In this document: positions 18,138-27,586 of the stretch, piece after piece
Layout: the number at the start of each line of letters is the position of its first letter
How positions within the stretch are numbered: the first letter of the stretch is position 1
DNA from: an uncultured Pseudobdellovibrionaceae bacterium
Lineage (GTDB): Bacteria > Bdellovibrionota > Bdellovibrionia > Bdellovibrionales > UBA1609
Length of the DNA: 64,000 nt
Assembly (NCBI GenBank): GCA_963803705.1
Contig: CAWDNU010000001.1
Coordinates: forward strand, 544,001 to 608,000
Direction: 5' to 3'
Translations under genes and position numbers: made by a program
Notes under the pieces: model-generated
What the model saw: only the letters and a program-made list of their open reading frames with translations
What the model was told of the DNA's origin: nothing
Databases searched by the model: none

Positions 18138-19442
18138 TTAATTTGCTCCTGTTAGTTCTTTTAAAGTTACTTCAATAATATCTAAGGCTTGTTTAAGCTC
18201 TTTATCAGTGATGACTATCGGACTTAGGATTCGTACAACGTTTTTAGCGCTTCCAGCTTTTAGCAGTATCACTCCTTTTTCAAGACATTTTTTTGTCAAA
18301 GCTTCACAGATTTTTGAATCTGGACGCTTAGATTCTCTGTCTTTTACTAGCTCAACAGCTATCATGGCGCCTAACCCGCGCACGTCACCGATGCACGTTG
18401 CCCACTTAGCCATCCTTTCAAAATGATCTTTCACTGTCTTGCCAATGACTAGCGCTCTTTCATTTAACTTTTGCTCTTCCATCACTTCGATTGTTGCGAT
18501 AGCCGCCGCACAACAGACTGGATTACCAAGATAAGTTCCACCAATTGTGCCAGGTAAGGCTTTATCCATGACTTCTTGTTTTCCAATCACAGCCCCAATC
18601 GGCATTCCAGATCCCATAGATTTAGCCCATGTTGAAAGGTCTGGGATAACATCGTAATGTTGGTAAGCGCCCCACTTGCCAGTTCTGCAAAACCCACTTT
18701 GAACTTCGTCAAAAATCAAAACCATGCCATGCTTGTCACAAAGTTCTCTTAGGCTTTTAACGTAAGCTTTCGGAGCAACATTGAAGCCGCCCTCACCTTG
18801 GACTAATTCTATGATAATTGCAGCCACGGATTTAACATCAACGTGTGACCTGAAAAATTTTTTAAGTTTTTTTATCTCTTGTTTAGAAAAATCTTCTTCG
18901 GATAAGTCTTTAGCTTTGTGGTAAATATTAGGAAAGTCCAATCGGTATATCTCTGGGGCAAATGGGCCGCAATTCAATTTATAGTTAACTTTTGATGTCA
19001 AACTCATGCACATCATGCTTCGACCGTGAAAGGCTTCTGAAAAACAAACAACGGCAGATCTTTTTGTTGCCTGTCTTGCAATTTTAATTGAGTTTTCAAC
19101 GGACTCTGCACCAGTATTAGTCAACATTACTTTAGTGCTTTCTCCGTGGGGCAATAGCTCAACTAATTTTTCGCTTAGTTGTATATAGGGCTCATAAGTA
19201 GAGACGTGAAAGCAGGTATGAATTAATTTTTCAGCCTGTTTCTTTATGGCTTCGACCACTTTTGGCGGGCAGTGGCCTGCATTGATAACACCAATGCCTC
19301 CACCGAGATCAATATACTTTTTTCCATCTGCATCAGTTATAATCGCACCGCTGGCTTTAACTGCAGTCGACGAAACAAAAACACCGACTCCATTAGAAAC
19401 CACTTTTTTTCTGCGCTCGAACAAATCTTGGCTATTGGTCAC
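18138..19442 (-). CDS. gabT: class III PLP aminotransferase, 4-aminobutyrate/5-aminovalerate transaminase-like
   Basis: TGAESVENSIKIAR, AFHGRS, ELVQGEGG, DEVQSGFCRTG, AKSMGSG, GGTYLGNP; GTG start after GAGG. Confidence 0.85.
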   Translation of the reverse strand: MTNSQDLFERRKKVVSNGVGVFVSSTAVKASGAIITDADGKKYIDLGGGIGVINAGHCPPKVVEAIKKQAEKLIHTCFHVSTYEPYIQLSEKLVELLPHGESTKVMLTNTGAESVENSIKIARQATKRSAVVCFSEAFHGRSMMCMSLTSKVNYKLNCGPFAPEIYRLDFPNIYHKAKDLSEEDFSKQEIKKLKKFFRSHVDVKSVAAIIIELVQGEGGFNVAPKAYVKSLRELCDKHGMVLIFDEVQSGFCRTGKWGAYQHYDVIPDLSTWAKSMGSGMPIGAVIGKQEVMDKALPGTIGGTYLGNPVCCAAAIATIEVMEEQKLNERALVIGKTVKDHFERMAKWATCIGDVRGLGAMIAVELVKDRESKRPDSKICEALTKKCLEKGVILLKAGSAKNVVRILSPIVITDKELKQALDIIEVTLKELTGAN

Positions 19443-20257
19443 AAAACACCTCTTAATTTATAAAAAAGATAAAATACCACGCTTATCAAAACAAAAATTC
19501 TTAATTATAGTTGTAGCTATTCTCGCTATCTATTCTAGTAAAAGGCTAGTGTTTTTTTCAGATTTAAAGTTAAAAATTGTTGCTAAGAGTTGACTAACAC
19601 TCTCTCAACTTCACTAAGATTATTTGAATATAAATAATAGTTCAAAAGAATCCGGTTTGGATTGAAATTTTATTAGATGGTTATATTAGAGTAATATTTT
19701 GACGTTAATTTAACAAGACGCATACTGGTGTTTTGAGAACAGATTTGTACGCTTTTCAAACAAAACTTTCTCAAAGATGTTACCAATCTCCATTTCATAC
19801 TACTTTCTAATAGTTTCCTCTAAGTGAAGTTCGCAAAATTTTTAAAGACTTTTAAAATGGGTGCTGACTAGTGATAAGTCGACAAAACTTTAGGCGAGGA
19901 TCCGGCTCTAGGCCTCTTTTTTTTAAACCTATTGTTTCTATAACTGAAATTTATTAGAATATTTCATTTTTTTAGCACCCAAATACACCTGACTTAACCC
20001 TACAAAGCTATGAGTATCCAAATTTTAATTGAGCCTAACTAGTCCCGACGATGTCCTGAAAATTTTCAAATTTTATAGAGTCCATAATCGTGACGTAAAT
20101 TGGCATGAACTGGAAATAGTTACCTAGAACAAGATCTGTTTTAGTTCCAATTTAATCTTGAGGTTGGCTCATATATTGGAAGAATTACGAAGGATAAGAA
20201 TCGTTTACGAAATATCTGTAAGCAAATCATTTGGAAATCTTTAGGAAAAGGGTCAAT

Positions 20258-20837
20258 ATGAAAAAAGCGCGTCTGAATTTTTGTCTATTTTTAATTTCAT
20301 TTGGTATAGCTGCAAATGCTGCTGAAGAACTTACAGCTCAAAATCATCAGATTCCGCTACGCTGATCAGTCATACCACAGCGTAGCCCTTTTGTTTGAAG
20401 GTTGGTCAGGTAGCTATATAACAAGCGAATACTCGAAGAGCGAAAACCAAGTACAACTTTTTTATTGCACGGCTAACAAGAAAAGCCGGTTTCAAGCTAG
20501 TAAATGCCAAGCGCTTAATCCCGAACCCCTGACCATAGAGCAATTTAGCGAAATGCAAGAGCCAATCGTGCAGTCCATTGAAATGCAGTCAGCTGCATTG
20601 ATCCAAAAACTTGAAGGGGCTAACGTCTTGGTGAGGGCTATTCGGGGCAAGCCAGAAGACAACTCTAATGTGCGTGGACTAAAACAAGTTGTTCAAGAAA
20701 TTAACTTAAAAGGTATAGATAATTGGATTTTGGTACAACAGGATTCTAGATTTGACGCTAATCCTGCTGTAGAAACTCCTGGGGTTATGGAGGATTTAGC
20801 TGAGTCGCTCGCCAATATTTTAAGCAGTCAACCTTAG
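20258..20837 (+). pseudogene. exported hypothetical protein split by a +1 frameshift
   Basis: ATG 20258 (after AAAGGG) encodes signal peptide MKKARLNFCLFLISFGIAANA and stops at 20365. The long ORF 20316-20837 is in the +1 frame. Removing one base near CAAAA (~20340) joins them into 192 aa. Confidence 0.6.
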
Positions 20838-21003
20838 GCATATTGGTTCAATCAAATTACCATACAGCTACCTTGATCCACCCCAATTCCCAAAAATCCA
20901 CAGTCCAATCAATAAGCAAACTCTAAGGTTTTCGTCTAGAATACCTAAACTTAGTTTACTTTACTGCCTTCTTAAATAGAATGTATATGACTAAGAGGTG
21001 TAG

Positions 21004-22286
21004 ATGAATGTTGTAATTTTAATTTTATCTTTGATGATTTCAGTCATCTCAATTTCATGCAGTAGCTCTGATCAGTCAGACGTTCGCGACTCTACAATAT
21101 CATGCTCAGAACTGGGGTTAGGTTCGGTTTCTAGAAACGCTTTCACAGTTCCCATAGCGAGCAACGATAAAATTGAGACATCTTTGATTTATGGCGGTAT
21201 GTATCCTGAAGGGGACGAAGACACCCCAAATTTGAAATGGGCTTCAGATTAAATGATATCGAAGTGCCACTTGTCTGGCCAGGTGATATCTTTCTGATCT
21301 CAATTAACTCGTCGGAATTTTTAACCGGGGGCCGAGCTGGGGTTACCGATTTCGGTATGGGATTTGTAGTTTGTCACTCAAGTCAAAGAACAATCGAGGG
21401 CGAGTTGGCTCATGTGACTGGCCTTTCGGGCCAAGCCAAAGCGCTTTTCGATAGTGCTACAAATTTAAGATGCGAAACTTATTCAGGACCAGCTGAACAG
21501 ATTAAAAGCTGTACATTAAATTTCTCCAAAGCAGTGAGGGTAACGGCAGGAGAACCGCTTGGTTTCGCCGGAGGGATTTCAGATGGTGTAGGTGGGGCTG
21601 TAGGTAACTACACCCCTGGTTTAGATCTTAATATGGTAGATACTGCCTTTGAAAATTACTATGTAAATAGAGAGCGCCTGGGTGGTAGATTTGGTATGGG
21701 CTATTACTTTCGCTATGGGGTTTGCGTTAACGAGTATTTTTCTGAACCATTCAAAACTCAAATCATGGACAAAGTAGGGCGTGGGTTTCCAACACGATTA
21801 AGAGATTCCGACGATGAGCCTTGTGGCACAATGTCCCTGGGCCAAGCGGGGACTGCAGCGGGCATCTGGATTTTAGAAAGTAAGTCAGGTTTGCGAGTGC
21901 AGGATATAAGTGGATTTCCAAGCGAACTTCTGATGAACACAATTACACTGGGATCATCTAACTTAAGACCAAAAACTCATTTGGTAATGTCTACTAGGGT
22001 AGGTAGCTTATCAGAGGACACTTCTGGGCGAGATAAGCTGGTCGAATTTGAATTTCAAAACATCGGCTTTAATAATCGTAAATTTAAAGAAATGTTACCA
22101 AACACTATATATTGTATGAGCGGAGAACTTGAAGAGGGACCTGTTAATTCCGTATTTTTCTATGTTCAGCTAGGTGTTGATGGACAAAGCTTAAAAGTCC
22201 AAAGGCAAAGCTCTGATTGTCGTGGGGTTGCTCAAGGGACTAGAACCTTCAGTGCAGGGACTGTTCCTTATTCGTTTGTGAGATAG
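21004..22286 (+). pseudogene. putative lipoprotein split into two overlapping ORFs (-1 frameshift)
   Basis: ORF1 21004-21252 has an SD and a lipobox-like ISIS-C. ORF2 21237-22286 is in the -1 frame, open from 21210, and lacks its own signal peptide and well-spaced SD. Joined product is 427 aa. Confidence 0.6.
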
Positions 22287-22352
22287 GTCCTACCACAGAC
22301 ATCAAATTTAGACCTGACTCGTCAATGTTCAAAAGTCTGACGGCTATACTAA

Positions 22353-22394
22353 TAAGGTGTAAAATTTTTTCATCTGGACAATTTTTACACCTTA
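22353..22394. promoter_or_regulatory. 12-bp perfect inverted repeat upstream of the porin gene
   Basis: TAAGGTGTAAAA (22353-22364), 18-nt spacer, TTTTACACCTTA (22383-22394). Confidence 0.55.
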
Positions 22395-22412
22395 ATATTT
22401 TAAGGGTTTAGT

Positions 22413-23498
22413 ATCAGTATAAAAAAATTTACTCTGTTGCTTCTTCTTTTCTCTGGGGTCAAGACAAACCTTGGCATTGCAGGAACCGCTAAACCTGACA
22501 GCATTTTTTTTGGCTCATATGCTTTCGATAGTTACACGAAGCTATCTCAAAAAAATAAAAGTTTTGGCCTGGGAGTTCTGTTTTTAGGTACAGAGCTGGA
22601 TTTCGGCAATACTACTTTTACAGTTTCAATTAATGGAACTCATAGTACCAACTCGCCAAGTGATTTTGTCGGTGACTTGCAAGTGCTTTCGAATATAGAT
22701 ACTCAAGAAAAAGACACTTTAAAAATCTACGAGTTGATATTAGAGCACAATTTTTTTATCAGAGATTTTAATTTCATTTTTGGGGTTGGATGGAAAGACC
22801 TTTCCGGAAGTTTCAACAGAACTGAGACAAGCCAAAATTTGATGCACTCATCTTTTGGCACATCAGCCGAACTAGGTAACACAGGATTCTATGGCCCATC
22901 GATTTATCCCTTTCCCTCTTTCGGATTTCATTTCGCAAAAAGTTGGAACGACGGAGCTTACGTGATGTATTCTATCGCAGACCCTATTTTATACAATAGT
23001 TTTGAAAATGGAATATTCCAGTCTCAAATTAATTTGGACGAAGATAATTTTTTTACTATATTTGAATTTGGAAAAAAAACAGAGCTCTATAAAATCAACT
23101 TAGGCCTCTGGAAATATCGAAGTTCGGGTCAACTTGAAGATTCATTTAAGCAATCGGGTCTTTATTTTGATGGCGAGTATAATTTCAGTCAGTTAAGTCC
23201 CTTCGTGAAATTGGGGTTAGTCAGCCAAGTTAAAAATCGGGTATCTTCAAGTTTTGCTATTGGTCTAAATTTAAGATCATTAATTTTAGATAAAGAAGAG
23301 ATATCAATTGGCTTTGTGGCAGCTCAGATTCAAGGGCACAATACTGAAACAGCTTTTGAACTTCAGTATCAGTTTATCTTTTCTGACAAATTTTATTCGC
23401 CTGTAACTTACCAAAGTATCGCAAATACATTTTTCACCAAGACTAACGCCAGCATCGTTGCATTAAGACTAGGCTACAACTTCGAAACTTTGTATTGA
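22413..23498 (+). CDS. OprB-like carbohydrate porin
   Basis: VGDLQVLSNID, FMHSS-like LMHSSFG, GPSIYPFPSFG, ETAFELQY, VALRLGYNF. Start extended to ATC 22413, 6 nt after AAGGG, which completes the signal peptide MSIKKFTLLLLLFSG. Confidence 0.75.
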   Translation: MSIKKFTLLLLLFSGVKTNLGIAGTAKPDSIFFGSYAFDSYTKLSQKNKSFGLGVLFLGTELDFGNTTFTVSINGTHSTNSPSDFVGDLQVLSNIDTQEKDTLKIYELILEHNFFIRDFNFIFGVGWKDLSGSFNRTETSQNLMHSSFGTSAELGNTGFYGPSIYPFPSFGFHFAKSWNDGAYVMYSIADPILYNSFENGIFQSQINLDEDNFFTIFEFGKKTELYKINLGLWKYRSSGQLEDSFKQSGLYFDGEYNFSQLSPFVKLGLVSQVKNRVSSSFAIGLNLRSLILDKEEISIGFVAAQIQGHNTETAFELQYQFIFSDKFYSPVTYQSIANTFFTKTNASIVALRLGYNFETLY

Positions 23499-23533
23499 AA
23501 TTCAAGTATTCTTCTTAGATGGTCAGAAAATTT

Positions 23534-23851
23534 TTACTTACAATCGACAATTTTTAGATTTTTAATTTGAGTTCGACAGTCCCTCCAGGCAATTGTTTGG
23601 TAAGCCACGCAAGTGCCAGGAACAAGATTGTTGGGGTCAATAAAATCCTCAAATTGCGATGTAAAATAGTAATTCAGGTGATGAGTAGGACTTTCTATAT
23701 CTGGTCCAAGATATCCTTCTTGACTGGCAACATTGTACCAAACGACTACTCCGGTTTTTATCTCATTATCTATCCAACACGCTTCAGCGATAGCCAAGGT
23801 AGACAAAAAAATTATAAATAAAGTTAAAAAAGTAAATATTAACGTTCTCAT
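23534..23851 (-). CDS. signal-peptide-bearing cold-shock-domain-like (OB-fold) protein
   Basis: Sec signal ending LAIA, then KTGVVVWYN...GYLGPD...LVPGTCVAY...QIKNLK, which matches the CSD pattern; four Cys. Confidence 0.65.
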   Translation of the reverse strand: MRTLIFTFLTLFIIFLSTLAIAEACWIDNEIKTGVVVWYNVASQEGYLGPDIESPTHHLNYYFTSQFEDFIDPNNLVPGTCVAYQTIAWRDCRTQIKNLKIVDCK

Positions 23852-24195
23852 AACAAATAATCCCCTTTAAAATTTAACATATTCTAATTCAGATCTTGAA
23901 AACTGCTACCCTGCAATTACTGAATTTTTAACAAAGTACCACAAGCTCTGACAATTATGAATGTTTTTTAGCCATCATAATCCCATTCAAACCTTATTAT
24001 TGCTAAAAAACATTAAGATTTCGAACCTTAAAAGTTCAAATCAGCGCAGTTCAATCATTGAGAGGGTGCTTAGCAATTTCTGTCCAGGTAATTGTTATTC
24101 GGTGAGTGTGAAATATAAGTTATGGTGCATCTAAATTATTTGAAAATAATAGCAAGTGCTTGTTTTTAGATTAATTTAAATTTAAATACCGTCGT

Positions 24196-24633
24196 ATGGT
24201 TTCACTGAGGCTTATTTTTCTATCGACTTTTACGTTAGGCTTTATTAATCTGGCTTCAATCAATGAGTCTTCTGCTAATACCTGTGATGCCTATGTAAGC
24301 CATGTGACTTTAAAGTCCAACATAGAAGATCGTAAATTGCCAGTGACCAGTGGCAATTCAGATTTCGTCGTAACGGGTAAGGATATTAGGATTGAAACTT
24401 TCAGATCATCAGGTGTTTATCAAAGGCACTTAGTCATAAGCGATTTAAAAGTTATAGTCAGCAAGGTGGTAAATTATTGGGGTTCGCATCCAGCACATTA
24501 TCTAACTTTCGAAGATCTAGACGTTATGGACGAGTTATTCCGCCAGATCTCGCTTGGGCAATTTGCTTATTTTGATCTAACCTCCAGTAGCATAAGTTCA
24601 ACATCAGTTCGTCCCGCTAGAGTTTTAGTTTAA
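24196..24633 (+). CDS. hypothetical exported protein
   Basis: 145-aa ORF with a signal-like N-terminus ending SSA. Confidence 0.55.
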   Translation: MVSLRLIFLSTFTLGFINLASINESSANTCDAYVSHVTLKSNIEDRKLPVTSGNSDFVVTGKDIRIETFRSSGVYQRHLVISDLKVIVSKVVNYWGSHPAHYLTFEDLDVMDELFRQISLGQFAYFDLTSSSISSTSVRPARVLV

Positions 24634-24805
24634 AAAAAACTGAGCGTAACTATTATTCAAAAGCATTAATTGATAGCCCTAATTCCCAAGTTGTATATTC
24701 TGACCTGCGCAAAACACCCCATATCCAATTAGAATCATTTAAAATTAAGTGTTCACTGAATTATTTTTCTTGTCATATTTCAACTTTAGATATTTAATTT
24801 TGGAT

Positions 24806-25273
24806 ATGAAAAAAAATTTTAACCTAGCTTCAGCGATGACGATATTTTACATGTTATTTGCATGTTCAACACCTTCTCATAATACAGACGAAGAAACCAA
24901 AAAAGATAAAGTGGTTCAATCAGATAAAGAGCTTACTGTTAAATTTGTAAATCGATCGAAAGGCAATATTTATATGGCTTTATTTAAATCTGCTGATGGA
25001 TTTCCTTCTGACCAGCAAAAGACATTTAAAAGTTTGACAATAAAACCTGTCGACAAAAGTTTTAGTTTTAAAAAAGATTTTGAAACTATAGCAATTTCTG
25101 CGTTTATCGACAGTAATGGTAATGGCAAACTTGATACAAACGCACTAGGAGTTCCCGTCGAACCATTTGCTTTTAGTAATAATCCAACGATCGTATTTTC
25201 AGCTCCAAGTTTTGAAGCTTCAAAAATAGACCCTAATGTTAGTTCGATTGATCTTGAATTTAAAACGTTTTGA
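24806..25273 (+). CDS. DUF2141 family lipoprotein
   Basis: Lipobox LFAC; KGNIYMALF...GFP, AISAFIDSNGNGKLDTNALGVPVEPFAFSNN; ATG 24806 preferred over 24749. Confidence 0.85.
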   Translation: MKKNFNLASAMTIFYMLFACSTPSHNTDEETKKDKVVQSDKELTVKFVNRSKGNIYMALFKSADGFPSDQQKTFKSLTIKPVDKSFSFKKDFETIAISAFIDSNGNGKLDTNALGVPVEPFAFSNNPTIVFSAPSFEASKIDPNVSSIDLEFKTF

Positions 25274-25366
25274 CTCATTAAAGAACTTAACAAATCAAAA
25301 AGAGTTTATTATTGGTTTGCTTTAAGAATCGATGGAGCATTACTCCAGCGAAAAATAGCTAATAAT

Positions 25367-26692
25367 TTAGTTGATTCTGACTAATATATCTATTCTCTGA
25401 TTTTTTTCGCGCCCTTTTTTAGTGTTGTTAGATGCAATAGGGTCGCTTGAGCCTTTGCCTTTTGCCTCAATTTTCTTGGCGACTTTTTTGCTCTTCAAAT
25501 ATTTTGCAACCACTTCCGCTTTACCACTGGATAATGCTTTGCTAAATGACTCATCCCCAGAAGAATCTGCGTGACCTTCAACGATAATCTCATCAACTGA
25601 TGCCTTTTTAAGCACTGAACTGAGTTGCTCAATTAGGTCCATAGATTTTCTATTTAGATTATTAGAGCCTTTACTGAAGACTGGCTTTTTAAATCGAATC
25701 ACCAGATCATCTTCACGCTCAAAAACTTCGGCTTCTTCATCATCAAATTTTTGCCTAGTTTCTGATATAATAGATTCAAATTTATAGTTCCTTGCAGTTT
25801 TTTCAAGCTTCTTGCTGGTTTCTATGTTTTCTTCATCTTTCTCATCCAAGTGACCTTCGAGCTCTGCAATTCTCTTTTCCTGCTTTTCTAACTTATACTT
25901 AGATTTTACTAGTTTTTTTGCGACGTCCTCTGAAATTTTTGATTTACTATTCTTCATTGCATCCATCACATCTACTAGAAATATAGAATCCTTTCTTGCC
26001 TTACTAACAGACTCTTTATAACGGTCCGAATCACTAGGGCTCGTAGAAATCATATTCTCAGCCACCTTTAGGCTCTTAAAAGCTTCTGCATGGCTTGATG
26101 GAGCTTTAGACTTTGCACCACTGTCTTCAGCAGCTGCAATTAAAGCTATTGATTTTGACAGCTTCTTCTTCTGAATTCCCGCTGTCTCTAATAGTAAATA
26201 GCGTTTTTGAATTTCTGCAAAATCTTTTGGATCGATCACCTTTTTGAAATCACTTGATTCGTTTCTAAGATCGTCATCAATCTTGTACAGCTCTTTCTTT
26301 AGCTGATCATATTTCTTAGCCCCACTTTCTAAAGCTAGAGTTCTTGCGTTTAGCATAGCCTCAAGATCTGGACTCATTTTTTTTGACTTTGAAATAACCT
26401 TTTTATATAGGGTTTTTGAGTATGCTGCGTTTTCACGAATTAGGTTCAAATCAACGTCAGTGCCAGCTGCTTCTTCTTTGGCTTTATTTAAATAACCTTC
26501 AGCCTTTTTAAATTCTTTGGGTAAAAGCAGATCGCCATGTTTCTTTTCAGCATCCGACTTCAAAGATGAAATTTGTTTGATGATCTGTTTGGGTCCAAGA
26601 TCAGAGGAAATCTCAGCTTGTTTTGGATTGGACGAACAGCCAAAGGCAGATCCCAACAGCAGGCCTGTCACAATAAGATAATTTAAACGCAT
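25367..26692 (-). CDS. OmpA-C-domain lipoprotein with long helical/coiled-coil N-region
   Basis: Lipobox AFGC; C-terminal VEGHADSSG...LS..KAEVVAKYL...GKGSSDPIASN...GREKNQRIDI. Confidence 0.9.
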   Translation of the reverse strand: MRLNYLIVTGLLLGSAFGCSSNPKQAEISSDLGPKQIIKQISSLKSDAEKKHGDLLLPKEFKKAEGYLNKAKEEAAGTDVDLNLIRENAAYSKTLYKKVISKSKKMSPDLEAMLNARTLALESGAKKYDQLKKELYKIDDDLRNESSDFKKVIDPKDFAEIQKRYLLLETAGIQKKKLSKSIALIAAAEDSGAKSKAPSSHAEAFKSLKVAENMISTSPSDSDRYKESVSKARKDSIFLVDVMDAMKNSKSKISEDVAKKLVKSKYKLEKQEKRIAELEGHLDEKDEENIETSKKLEKTARNYKFESIISETRQKFDDEEAEVFEREDDLVIRFKKPVFSKGSNNLNRKSMDLIEQLSSVLKKASVDEIIVEGHADSSGDESFSKALSSGKAEVVAKYLKSKKVAKKIEAKGKGSSDPIASNNTKKGREKNQRIDILVRIN

Positions 26693-27586
26693 GGTTTACT
26701 CCTAAATAAAAATGTTAACATTTTTTAAAATTAAGAACTTACTATTTATTACCCATTGAGTAAAACATTATATTGTGGCTTTATCTGCACACATGGACCA
26801 CTTGGTAATGAATGAGCGATAATTAATGAGCAACCAGCAGTTATCCACCTAGGATTTATTCAATTAAGTTTATACAAAAAAGTTTGTTTCAAGAAGGCGA
26901 CATTTCCGAAAGATTTATATGCTACAAATTAAAATTTACTCAAAGTGGAATTATAAAAGTGAGATTATAAAATTTGGTTGATCTAATCTGCGAAATCATC
27001 AGATTTTAAATTAGAACTGAAAAGAGAATAGATTATGTGACAGCAGCACTACTAATTTTAACTCATTTCAATCGATCAAATAGTGCGATTGTTTTTAGAG
27101 CAAAAAGCAATATTTTTTTGTATAAAAGTCTACGTTTTAAATAATTTCTGTAGTTATACAACTATGGGCAGAAAGAACCATCATTGTTCTTCTCTAAGGT
27201 TATTATGCTTAAAACTTTATCGGCAACAAGAAAGATCGACATCTATAATATTAAAATGAATATTTAAAACTCTTTACAGTCAGCCGTTGCTTTAGATTAA
27301 ATGTGTCCTTATTAGTTCCAGCGATTATTTTAAATGTATTGCCACTTGCTATATCAATAACATTCCTGGACACTTGGATATAGATCTGCCACCAAAATCT
27401 GAACAAAACAATTTTAGTTTTTATATTCCAATTTAAAAGCTTATAAGATCGACCGCATTGATGCGCCCACTATAGATTCAAGCCATTTGCTTATAAGAAT
27501 AGGATTGGTAAGAACAAAATTCTTAGTTTGTTCTCTTAGAAATTAGATGTTGTTTTGTAAAAAAATTTTTAAAATGGAAATACATT

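Noticed and set aside
19895..19925. GAGG...CCTC hairpin with a T8 tail as an orphan sRNA terminator
   Set aside because: Only a 4-bp firm stem; not distinguishable from chance without expression data.
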